From positions 1-17,767 of the forward strand of contig JBNJGH010000071.1 of the NCBI GenBank assembly GCA_051747585.1: a DNA stretch of 17,767 nucleotides, written 5' to 3'. Positions 1 through 7,646 of this stretch are shown piece by piece. Source of the DNA: Candidatus Rifleibacteriota bacterium (GTDB taxonomy: Bacteria; Muiribacteriota; Ozemobacteria; Ozemobacterales; Ozemobacteraceae). A model generated the notes under the pieces. The model searched no databases, had not been told where the DNA came from, and saw only the letters and a list, made by a program, of their open reading frames with translations. How positions within the stretch are numbered: position 1 is the stretch's first letter; every line of letters starts with the position of its first letter. A program made the translations under genes and the position numbers.

Positions 1-201
1 CTCAGAGAATCACGGAGAATCTTTTTCAGCCATGGATTGTCCGGATGGACAATCAGCCGGCGGTTTCACCGCCCGGCTTTCTCAGCCACAGCAAAGTCTC
101 AGAAAAGCACAGGTGTTTTTCTGAGACTTTGCTGTGGCTGAGAACAAAGGCTGAAAAAGATTGGAAAATCAGCTCAGTGAACTCTGAGCCTCCGTGGTTA
201 A
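1..201. repeat. Family A palindromic element (REP/MITE-like), copy 1, left end truncated by window edge
   Basis: Colinear with 4084-4298 and 11475-11690. AATCTTTTTCAGCC (18-31) pairs with GGCTGAAAAAGATT (149-162). Internal hairpins GATTGTCC/GGACAATC and GCCGGCGGT/ACCGCCCGGC, plus a 32-bp stem 79-110/113-144. Right terminus CTCCGTGGTTAA. Confidence 0.95.
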
Positions 202-275
202 AATTCTATATTTGACAGAAAGAAATAATACCAGAACTTTTGGTAACCAGCTAATAATAATTGACCGAGAATAGC
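202..275. repeat. 74-bp tail shared with family A copy 2 (4299-4372)
   Basis: Ungapped match to 4299-4372 (64/74 by manual count). Contains a short TACCA/TGGTA hairpin. Absent after copy 3. Confidence 0.9.
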
Positions 276-280
276 TGTTT

Positions 281-332
281 AAAATAACAACAGTCGCTTT
301 ATTCAGGGTTAAACTGAATAAAGCGACTGTTG
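281..332 (-). terminator. Rho-independent terminator downstream of the di-haem cytochrome gene
   Basis: Perfect 19-bp stem CAACAGTCGCTTTATTCAG (288-306) / CTGAATAAAGCGACTGTTG (314-332) with a 7-nt loop, followed on the - strand by TTATTTT. Starts 26 bp after the stop at 359. Confidence 0.8.
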
Positions 333-358
333 CTTGTTAAAGCGTCTTTAAGAGTAGT

Positions 359-1774
359 TTATAGACAGCGCATGAAAGCTACGAGAGCTTTTTTCTCTTT
401 TCTTGTCAATCTGGTTTGAAGAACAACATTAAAGAATTCAACCGTATCTTCGAGTGTCAAAAGTCGACCATCGTGGTGATAAGGCGGTGAATCTTTAATT
501 CCACGCAGAGTGAAGGTTTTGATCGGGCCGTCGGCAATGTTGTATTGCTCGGAAATCATTTCAGGTTCGTAGAATTTTTCAAGCGCAAGATCATGCATCT
601 GCTGATCCATATAGCCCATCTCAGGGATATGGCACTTAGCGCAAAGACCTTTGCCGTGAAAAACTTTTTGTCCTAAAAGCTCAAGCTCGGTTGCCTTCTC
701 AGGAATGAGATAACCGGCGGCATCAAGTTTCGGTGCGGGTGGAAAATCCAATATATTTTGCATTTGCGCCATCATGGCTACTTGAGAGGAACGATTCGGA
801 AGGTTTACACCTTTCTTGGCGGCAATTACATGGTCGCCGTCGAAATATGCGGTGCGTTGTTCGAATTCGGTGAAATCTTCAACCGATCTAAGAGATCTTT
901 TTGACCCATGTATCTGCTGATTGTAAAGCCCTCTTAAGCTGACGGTGTCAAGGCGAAACCTTGCAGCTTGCGGTCTGGTGTCCGGGTTTAAATGATAAGC
1001 CGCATTGGTGTGACCGTTTGTATGACAATCAAGGCATGAAATTCCCATACTCGGATCGACTACTTTGCGGTCTTCGGTCTGGTTAAACTGCTGCTGTGGA
1101 AAAGGAGTGAGCAGTAGACGTAGGCCTTCCATCTGAACCGGAGTTAACAGGCCTTTCATAATTTTATAGTAGTTTTTGATAGAAAGAACCTCACCCTGGG
1201 AAACGTCTCCCAGATCAGGTCGGGTGGTAAGAAAAATTGGAGGCGGAAATTCAGGAATAAAATGATCGGGGAGATCGAAATCTACATCAAAACGTTCAAG
1301 CTCACGTTTTTCAAGACGCTTCATCGCATCGATCTGATCTTGCGGAAGTACCTGTCCACCGGTTGTATGGCGGGTGTGGGGTAAAGGTCTGAAACCCATG
1401 GGAAAAAGATCGTGCTTTTTGATCTTTTCAGGAGACATTTTGGCCAGCTCTTCCCAGGTTACGTCGCCATGCAGCTTAACTCTGACGCCTTTTTGGACAT
1501 GCTTTCTTCCTCCGGACATTTTAACATCAGAAGGTTGGTCGCTCATATCGTAGCGTTTTTCAAAAAGCTTACGCTGTTTCAACTGATAAGCCGGCTTGGT
1601 CTTGCGGTCATTTATCATTGTTTCTACAAAATCGTCTTCGATTACGACGGGCATGTAGGTTTGTTTCGGTAAATCCGGGCGCTTTTCCGTTTTGCTTTGA
1701 GCACAAAGTGGACTGCTCGTGATTAGAAAAACCGCACCAAGGAGCAAACAAAACTTGCAGGAAAATCTGAACAT
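359..1774 (-). CDS. Exported di-haem cytochrome c, cytochrome c peroxidase/MauG superfamily
   Basis: Two CxxCH motifs (CLDCH 1022-1036, CAKCH 629-643). DTVSLRG and TFTLRGIKDSPPYHHDGRLLTLEDTVEFF match the TPSLRN...PYxHDG pattern of this superfamily. Start moved from the ORF-track TTG at 1870 to ATG 1774, which has a GAGAGGAG RBS and is followed by a signal-peptide-like N-terminus. Confidence 0.85.
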   Translation of the reverse strand: MFRFSCKFCLLLGAVFLITSSPLCAQSKTEKRPDLPKQTYMPVVIEDDFVETMINDRKTKPAYQLKQRKLFEKRYDMSDQPSDVKMSGGRKHVQKGVRVKLHGDVTWEELAKMSPEKIKKHDLFPMGFRPLPHTRHTTGGQVLPQDQIDAMKRLEKRELERFDVDFDLPDHFIPEFPPPIFLTTRPDLGDVSQGEVLSIKNYYKIMKGLLTPVQMEGLRLLLTPFPQQQFNQTEDRKVVDPSMGISCLDCHTNGHTNAAYHLNPDTRPQAARFRLDTVSLRGLYNQQIHGSKRSLRSVEDFTEFEQRTAYFDGDHVIAAKKGVNLPNRSSQVAMMAQMQNILDFPPAPKLDAAGYLIPEKATELELLGQKVFHGKGLCAKCHIPEMGYMDQQMHDLALEKFYEPEMISEQYNIADGPIKTFTLRGIKDSPPYHHDGRLLTLEDTVEFFNVVLQTRLTRKEKKALVAFMRCL

Positions 1775-1953
1775 AAAAACTCCTCTCAATTTATATTTAC
1801 AAAGAAAAATTGTATCCGTATTTTTTTGTCTATTTATATAATCAATAACCTTTTGAGACAATAATGTCAAAAAGCGGTAAAACCCTTTTTCGATAGGCGT
1901 TTGCGGTCATTGAATCTTTTGAGGACTGCTGGATAAGGGGGCAAAAAATTATT

Positions 1954-2625
1954 TTACAGTAGTTGACTGATCTGGTTTTTGAATTTAGTTGCGCCACCAT
2001 TTGCCGGGTGTCTTACTTTGTGAAAATCCAGATCGAGTTTTTCGAGCTGTAAGGCAGCTTTTTCACCCACAGCAAAAATTTTACGGGGTTGCATAATCCC
2101 TATGAATTCTTTAACGCAGCGCAAGCCGGGTTCGAATTCTTCGCCGGTTGGAGTGCGGTTCGACAAAATTCCTTTTTCCGGCTTGTAGGGATGCCAGGGA
2201 AAGGCGTTCCAGATAACAAAATCATGAGGGTCTATTCCAAGCTCAAGCATATGACTCCAGACTATGGTAGCAGTAGGCTCGGTAAAACCGTCTTTGCGAA
2301 CGTTTTCCCGGCTTGTTCTGGTGGGTTGGAGAACCGAAAAAACATGGTCAGGGTCTATGCCCCGTTTTTTCATTTTACCAAGAAGAATTCTTTCTGATGT
2401 CATGGCAATACCGCTGAAATGGCCGCCCTGGTAGCCCATGGCTTCTCCCAGTAGTAGAAAAGGTTTTCTCTCGAGCCTTTCTTTAAGGTAATATTCCAGG
2501 TGATTGCGCCTTATTTCAGGTGCGTTGCTGTAATCATCATTGACTTCGTCTATCTGCCACCATGGATTAAAAACGTTCTCGGTAGGCGCTTTGCGTAACA
2601 TTTCTATGAATTTTTTTACGTTCAT
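1954..2625 (-). CDS. Uracil-DNA glycosylase superfamily protein
   Basis: Motif A-like LLLGEAMGYQGGHFSGIAMTSE, central WNAFPWHP and NRTP, and motif B-like VRHPANGG. 223 aa. Confidence 0.85.
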   Translation of the reverse strand: MNVKKFIEMLRKAPTENVFNPWWQIDEVNDDYSNAPEIRRNHLEYYLKERLERKPFLLLGEAMGYQGGHFSGIAMTSERILLGKMKKRGIDPDHVFSVLQPTRTSRENVRKDGFTEPTATIVWSHMLELGIDPHDFVIWNAFPWHPYKPEKGILSNRTPTGEEFEPGLRCVKEFIGIMQPRKIFAVGEKAALQLEKLDLDFHKVRHPANGGATKFKNQISQLL

Positions 2626-2682
2626 TCTCTGACTCCGAAAATTATTTGTAGGTTTTTTGCTGATTTAATGAGTATTTGGAGG

Positions 2683-3939
2683 TTAGTCTTTGCCAAGGCG
2701 AACGAGAAACTTTGCCCAGCGGCTGTAATTATCCCATTTGAGCAACTTGTATTTTTTAAGATCATAACCGAATAAATACTGACAGACTTTTAGCGAAACC
2801 CCGTTCGCATCTTTATAATATCTTCCGTCTGCCCAATGAGCAAGTTTTGCTTTTTCACTCAGGTGTGCGATGAGTTTGCAATTTTCAATAAATTCCTGAT
2901 CTTCAGATAATTTGAGACGGATCAGGCCTTCGGCAAACTGTTTCAGGTCTATTTCGTCGCTGCTGAGGTAATGAAGAACCTTTTCGCGTAGATTTAATAT
3001 TTTTATACGGTTTTCCCGTTTTCGTGCCAGAGAGTATAGATCTTTGGATAAAATTTTGAGGGCACTCATCAGCTGGTTGGTTTCAGATAGTTTAAACGCT
3101 GTTAAAGTGGCACCGAAGCCATAGGGTAAGTCACAATAAGGTGTGTAGTGCTGCTTAAAGGCTTTTACCGCTTTTTTCGCCAGCTTTTGGCTGGAAATTT
3201 GCGGATTTTGATTTAAATCTGCAAGAAACAAGTCATAAGGCCAGTTGTCGCTTGGCAGAAAACCGGCTGAACCTACCCAGTAATCCACATATTTATTATA
3301 TTCATATAATTTTTCGATCGAACATTCGCAGCTGTCGTCGAGGCAGACCAGATCGATTTTTTTACCCAGTCTTTTGCTGATCGATTCAAGAGCAAAACCC
3401 ATCTGTCTAATTCCCATATAACGGGCACCGTTTTCTTTGCTCAATTCGAGGTCAAGTTTGCTTTTGTCGAGTTTAAACTTGCTTCCTGCCCACTTGATAT
3501 TATAATTCCCATTTAGCTGAGCATCTTTAACGGGTTCACCATATCCAAGATTGCCAAGACAGCCATGCAATATCAGCATAACTCTTTTTGCCGGCGCTCG
3601 TTTGAGACCCCAGGCTACAAATTCGTCTAGGGTTTCCCATGATCCGCAGTCACTATTCTGAGGGTATCCGACTATGTTTGAAGCTATAAAGCCTGGTTTG
3701 TCATCTTTTACAATCTTGTAGCGAACCGGATTATAATCATTTTGATCAAGTTGCATCAGTATTTCTATGTTTTCATCTGAACCGGCGGTTTCCATTTCAT
3801 CTATGTCTGCTTTAACAGTTTCGGAAAGTACCGAGTCGGTTACTGCATAAACGAGTATTGTCCATTCTTTCAGGGGTTGGGCGTTTAGAGAACAGGTAAG
3901 CAATAAAGAACAAAGCAACAGCATCAAAGCTTTCTTCAT
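2683..3939 (-). CDS. Secreted clostripain-like cysteine peptidase (family C11)
   Basis: Signal peptide. KEWTILVY...DIDEMETAGSDENI, ETLDEFVAWG, LILHG, KIDLVCLDDSC, WPYD and ANGVS follow the C11 motif order. GGAGGG RBS. Some motifs are divergent. Confidence 0.8.
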   Translation of the reverse strand: MKKALMLLLCSLLLTCSLNAQPLKEWTILVYAVTDSVLSETVKADIDEMETAGSDENIEILMQLDQNDYNPVRYKIVKDDKPGFIASNIVGYPQNSDCGSWETLDEFVAWGLKRAPAKRVMLILHGCLGNLGYGEPVKDAQLNGNYNIKWAGSKFKLDKSKLDLELSKENGARYMGIRQMGFALESISKRLGKKIDLVCLDDSCECSIEKLYEYNKYVDYWVGSAGFLPSDNWPYDLFLADLNQNPQISSQKLAKKAVKAFKQHYTPYCDLPYGFGATLTAFKLSETNQLMSALKILSKDLYSLARKRENRIKILNLREKVLHYLSSDEIDLKQFAEGLIRLKLSEDQEFIENCKLIAHLSEKAKLAHWADGRYYKDANGVSLKVCQYLFGYDLKKYKLLKWDNYSRWAKFLVRLGKD

Positions 3940-4083
3940 GATCCCTCCAAATTATACAACTTTACCTGTAATTATATCCGCTCAGCTTGTAAACCCGCAA
4001 ATTAAATTGATAGACGTAGCAATTCTCGGTCAGATATTATCAGTTTTTTTGAAACAGATTAAGCCTGAAAGCCGCAAAGAAAA

Positions 4084-4298
4084 TAACCACAGAGCCCTCA
4101 GAGAATCACAGAGAATCTTTTTCAGCCATGGATTGTCCGAATGGACAATCCGCCGGCGGCTTTGCCGCCCGGCTTACCCAGCAACAACAAGCCCTCAGAA
4201 AAACACGGGTGTTTTTCTGAGGGCTTGTTGTTGCTGGGAACATTGGCTGAAAAAGATTTTAAAATCAGCTCGGTGCCCTCTGATCTCTCCGTGTTTAA
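4084..4298. repeat. Family A palindromic element, copy 2
   Basis: Termini TAACCACAGAG / CTCCGTGTTTAA. Same nested hairpins as copies 1 and 3. Perfect 30-bp inverted repeat 4177-4206 / 4209-4238. Confidence 0.95.
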
Positions 4299-4372
4299 AA
4301 TTCTATATTTGACAGAAAGAAGCAATACCAGAACTTTTGGTAAACAGTTGATAAAGTTTGACCGGGAGTAGC
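4299..4372. repeat. 74-bp tail shared with family A copy 1 (202-275)
   Basis: Ungapped match to 202-275. Confidence 0.9.
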
Positions 4373-4533
4373 GGTGATAATCTTTTTATCGTGGTCGCAG
4401 TCGTCGTCGAATATTTCTCCTCACAAAGCCACACAGATAATGACCACCCAAAAATAAGATTATGAAAAATAAAAAAATATTAATTAACAAAATAATAAAA
4501 ATTATGTAGGTTTAGAGAAAGGGGTTTTAAGAT

Positions 4534-4794
4534 ATGCACACAATTAAGCTGAAAATAAGTGAAAAGGTCTACGATAAACTCTTGTGGCTTTTAAGCAAGT
4601 TTCGCAAAGATGAAGTTGAAATTTTATCAGATTTGGATAGTTTTGCAGAAACCAAAAATTACCTTCATAAAGAATTAGATGAAATTCATTCTGGTGAGGC
4701 CAATTTTAATAGTTTAAAAGAATTCGACGAAAAGCTTGAAAACTCGATTGAAATATTTGGCTTTACGAAGTATCAAAAAAGTCCTACTGACTGA
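4534..4794 (+). CDS. Small antitoxin-like hypothetical protein, possibly fused to the C-terminal remnant of a deleted RelE/ParE toxin
   Basis: 86-aa ORF with an AAAGGGG RBS. Residues 1-70 resemble small antitoxin-like genes that precede RelE/ParE toxins, and the tail IEIFGFTKYQ resembles the last beta-strand of such toxins. Recalled similarity, not searched. Confidence 0.6.
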   Translation: MHTIKLKISEKVYDKLLWLLSKFRKDEVEILSDLDSFAETKNYLHKELDEIHSGEANFNSLKEFDEKLENSIEIFGFTKYQKSPTD

Positions 4795-4878
4795 TTACTA
4801 GTAATTATACATTTAGTCATCTTAGTGGGTTTCAAGACATTTTTGATTTTTTTTTAACATTAAAATTTAGAATACCAA

Positions 4879-5045
4879 AGATTGCTTCTTCGCGATGCTC
4901 ATCGCAATGACAATTTGGGGTTGTCATCGTATATTGGTGGTTGAGCGTAGTCGAAACCACCAAGTGAACAATTATCTGGTCCCTTCGACTCCGCTCAGGG
5001 ACCGCAATAGGCTGTCATTGCGAGCGAAGCGAAGCGAAGCAATCT
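4879..5045. repeat. Family B nested palindromic element (REP doublets), copy 1
   Basis: Outer arms AGATTGCTTC..TCGCAATGACA / TGTCATTGCGA..GAAGCAATCT. Inner hairpins TTGGTGGTT/AACCACCAA and GGTCCCT/AGGGACC. Core colinear with 15661-15877. Confidence 0.93.
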
Positions 5046-5106
5046 AAATGTCTTGAAACAGTTATTATAAACAAATGGAGAATTATTGGACTGATTGCTA
5101 AATTGC

Positions 5107-5135
5107 TTGCATTTTATTGTCTGCTTCAATATTCT
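5107..5135 (+). promoter_or_regulatory. Candidate sigma70 promoter of the cat-like gene
   Basis: TTGCAT-17 bp-TATTCT, ending 48 bp before ATG 5184. The AT-rich context makes a chance match possible. Confidence 0.35.
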
Positions 5136-5183
5136 CTAGACAATCTGATTGTATTGCTTATTTGACGGTTAGGAAAAAAGATT

Positions 5184-5810
5184 ATGAAATTAATTAACAT
5201 AGAGAACTGGAATAGAAAAGATCATTATCACTTTTTTTCGCAAATGAAGAGCCCTTTCTTTGGCATTACCGCTGAAGTGAATTGCACAGGAGCATACCAG
5301 AAAGCCAAAGAAGAGAATATTTCCTTTTTTGCTTATTATCTGCATAGATCCACTATGGCAATTAACCGAATAAAAGAATTTAAATATAGAATTATAGATG
5401 ATAAAGTTTACGAATTAGATACAATTCATGCCGGAGCAACGATTTCTCGAAGTGATGGTACGTTTGCTTTTATATATGTCGATTATGATGAAGACTTTGA
5501 TGTTTTTAATAAATCTTTAAAAAATGAAATTGAAAAAGTAAAAAATACTACCGGCCTTAATCTTAGTGATGATGATGACAAAATAAAAGATATTATTCAT
5601 TACACTACAGTGCCATGGATCAGCTTTACAGCTATTTTACATCCTACCAATTTTGACAGAAAAGAATCTGTTCCCAAAATAGCATTTGGCAAATTTTACC
5701 AAAAAGAGGGGCAAAAACTTATGCCTGTATCCGTTGAAGCTCACCACGGTCTTATGGATGCTTATCATATGAGTGAATATTTTAAGGAATTTGAAAAGCT
5801 GTTAAAATAA
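5184..5810 (+). CDS. cat: Chloramphenicol acetyltransferase (CatA-type O-acetyltransferase)
   Basis: N-terminal INIENWNRKDHYHFF, PWISFT, PKIAFGKF and catalytic-His motif HHGLMDAYH (canonical HHAVCDGFH). 208 aa. AGGA RBS. Confidence 0.92.
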   Translation: MKLINIENWNRKDHYHFFSQMKSPFFGITAEVNCTGAYQKAKEENISFFAYYLHRSTMAINRIKEFKYRIIDDKVYELDTIHAGATISRSDGTFAFIYVDYDEDFDVFNKSLKNEIEKVKNTTGLNLSDDDDKIKDIIHYTTVPWISFTAILHPTNFDRKESVPKIAFGKFYQKEGQKLMPVSVEAHHGLMDAYHMSEYFKEFEKLLK

Positions 5811-5867
5811 AATCAACATTCACACTTGTAAAAGCATTGCATCAAAATCATCCGCTCGGTGCTGATT

Positions 5868-7646
5868 TTACTGGGGCTGGCTGAATTGTAATTCGTAAAG
5901 TTTGCGGTAATGACCGTTGGCTGCCAGTAGCTCCTGGTGAGTGCCCTGCTCGACCAGGCTGCCGTTATGCAGCACTATTATGCGATCGCAATTTTGAATT
6001 GTTGATAAACGGTGAGCAATTATTATACTGGTTCTATTGCTGGTAAGGCGTAAAACCGCCTCTTGAATTATTGCTTCGGTTTCTGAATCCACCGATGAAG
6101 TTGCTTCATCCAGTATCAATAATTCGGGCTCATGAACCAGTGCTCGGCAAAAGGCAACCAGCTGCCTTTGTCCCGCTGAAAGATTGCTGCCCCGCTCGTA
6201 AATTCTGGTGTCAATTCCATTGGGAAGCTTTTCGAGTAGAGGCTGCAATGCCAGCTCTTCAACAATGCTCTGCATCTTTTGCTCATCATAGGTACCTTCT
6301 TCAAGAAAAATATTGTCTTTAATGGTGCCGGAAAATATTGTTACATCCTGCTGTATGAGCGCAATCTTTTTGCGAATAGAGCTGCGGGAAAATTCCCTCA
6401 GATCTTTGCCGTCAATAAGGATTTTCCCTGAGCCGTAGTCATAAAACCGTTTTAATAAAGAGGCTATGGTAGTTTTGCCGGCACCTGTGTGTCCTACAAT
6501 TGCAATTCTGTCGCCCAGATTAATTTTTAGATTCAGATCCCTGATAATAGGCTTTTCAGCAATATATGAAAATTTAAAATTAACAAATTCAATTGCATTC
6601 TTAATTTTTTCCAGTTCCTGGCCGTCATAGATATCTGCTTCGACCGGTTCATCGAGTAAAGAGAATACCCGCTCGGCAGAAGCCATAGAACTTTGAAAAA
6701 TCGATACTTTCTGGCTTATTTGTCTGACAGGTTCGAAAAAGGCTTGAACATAGGCAAGAAAACTTACCAGCAGACCAATTGAAATTGCAGAGTTGGCAAC
6801 CAGATAGCCACCATAAATAATCACTATGGATAATGTCATGGCAAAAACCAGTGTAATAGCCGGAAAAAAGAAGGAATTATAAAATACCGATTTTAATTCG
6901 GCCTTCTTAAGGTCTGTATTCATCTCGTCAAACTTCTCTTCCCGGGCTTGCTCCTGGTTATAAATCTGTATGACGTTCATTCCTGCAATATTCTCGGCCA
7001 GAACCGCATTGAGCATTGCCAGTTTTGCTCTGGCAAGTCTGAAGGCCTCGCGCATTCTGACCTTTAAAAACCAGGCAGCGGCAAAAAGAATTGGTGAAGT
7101 AATCAGGGCGGCAACCCCCAGTTTGAAGTGCAGGCCCAGCATCATTGCGGCAACCCCGATAAGAATGAGTATTTCTGCTGAAACATTTACAAGAGCGGCG
7201 CTGAAAAGCTCTGCCAGAGTAGCAACGTCGTTGGTTACCCTGGTAACAAGCCTCCCGGTCGGATTCCGATCAAAGAAGCTGATAGGCAATTTTTGCAGAT
7301 GAGAAAAAAGACTGTTGCGCAGGTCGTTAAGCACTTTCTGACCGGTATATTGTAAGAGCCAGTTGCGAAGCGCGGTTAAAATAAAGAAAAGAAGCTGACA
7401 GGAAAAATATAGTCCGACAAACCAGATAAGGTTTTCATGATTTTTGTCTTTGATTCCGTAATCAACTGCCTTGCCCAGAATTAAAGGCAAAGATACCTGA
7501 ACTGCCGTGCCGGTAATTACCAGAACTATCGATACAATAAAATGCCAGCTCCATCGGCGCAGATAGGGCATAATTCTTTTGACCAGACCTGAATCCCAGT
7601 GTGGGGATTTTAAATCATCTGGTGAAAAATAAGAATCATTATGCAT
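5868..7646 (-). CDS. ABC exporter fused permease/ATPase, MdlB-like subunit
   Basis: N-terminal transmembrane domain. Walker A GHTGAGKT, signature LSAGQRQ, consensus Walker B ILDEATSSVD, H-loop IAHR. Start overlaps the upstream stop (TAATG at 7644-7648). Confidence 0.95.
   Translation of the reverse strand: MHNDSYFSPDDLKSPHWDSGLVKRIMPYLRRWSWHFIVSIVLVITGTAVQVSLPLILGKAVDYGIKDKNHENLIWFVGLYFSCQLLFFILTALRNWLLQYTGQKVLNDLRNSLFSHLQKLPISFFDRNPTGRLVTRVTNDVATLAELFSAALVNVSAEILILIGVAAMMLGLHFKLGVAALITSPILFAAAWFLKVRMREAFRLARAKLAMLNAVLAENIAGMNVIQIYNQEQAREEKFDEMNTDLKKAELKSVFYNSFFFPAITLVFAMTLSIVIIYGGYLVANSAISIGLLVSFLAYVQAFFEPVRQISQKVSIFQSSMASAERVFSLLDEPVEADIYDGQELEKIKNAIEFVNFKFSYIAEKPIIRDLNLKINLGDRIAIVGHTGAGKTTIASLLKRFYDYGSGKILIDGKDLREFSRSSIRKKIALIQQDVTIFSGTIKDNIFLEEGTYDEQKMQSIVEELALQPLLEKLPNGIDTRIYERGSNLSAGQRQLVAFCRALVHEPELLILDEATSSVDSETEAIIQEAVLRLTSNRTSIIIAHRLSTIQNCDRIIVLHNGSLVEQGTHQELLAANGHYRKLYELQFSQPQ

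Noticed and set aside
1775..1870. N-terminal extension of the cytochrome ORF from TTG 1870 (likewise 14265-14321 and 15537-15572 for the S9 gene and trxB)
   Set aside because: The downstream ATGs have strong SD sequences and give proper signal peptides or a canonical N-terminus.
1851..1872. TTGACA within an imperfect dyad upstream of the cytochrome gene
   Set aside because: The hexamer 17 bp downstream (TATTGA) is a poor -10 and the dyad is short, so neither a promoter nor an operator can be called.
3991..4001. 11-mer AAACCCGCAAA upstream of both the C11 gene and trxB (15597-15607)
   Set aside because: One shared 11-mer is within chance expectation for this much intergenic DNA and no third instance was seen.
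3938..4371. ORFs 3938-4312 (+), 4141-4371 (+) and 4122-4325 (-)
   Set aside because: They run through family A copy 2, and both strands give the same peptide because of the palindrome. The matching ATG frame in copies 1 and 3 stops at different places (56 and 39 codons) with mostly non-synonymous changes, so there is no sign of coding selection.
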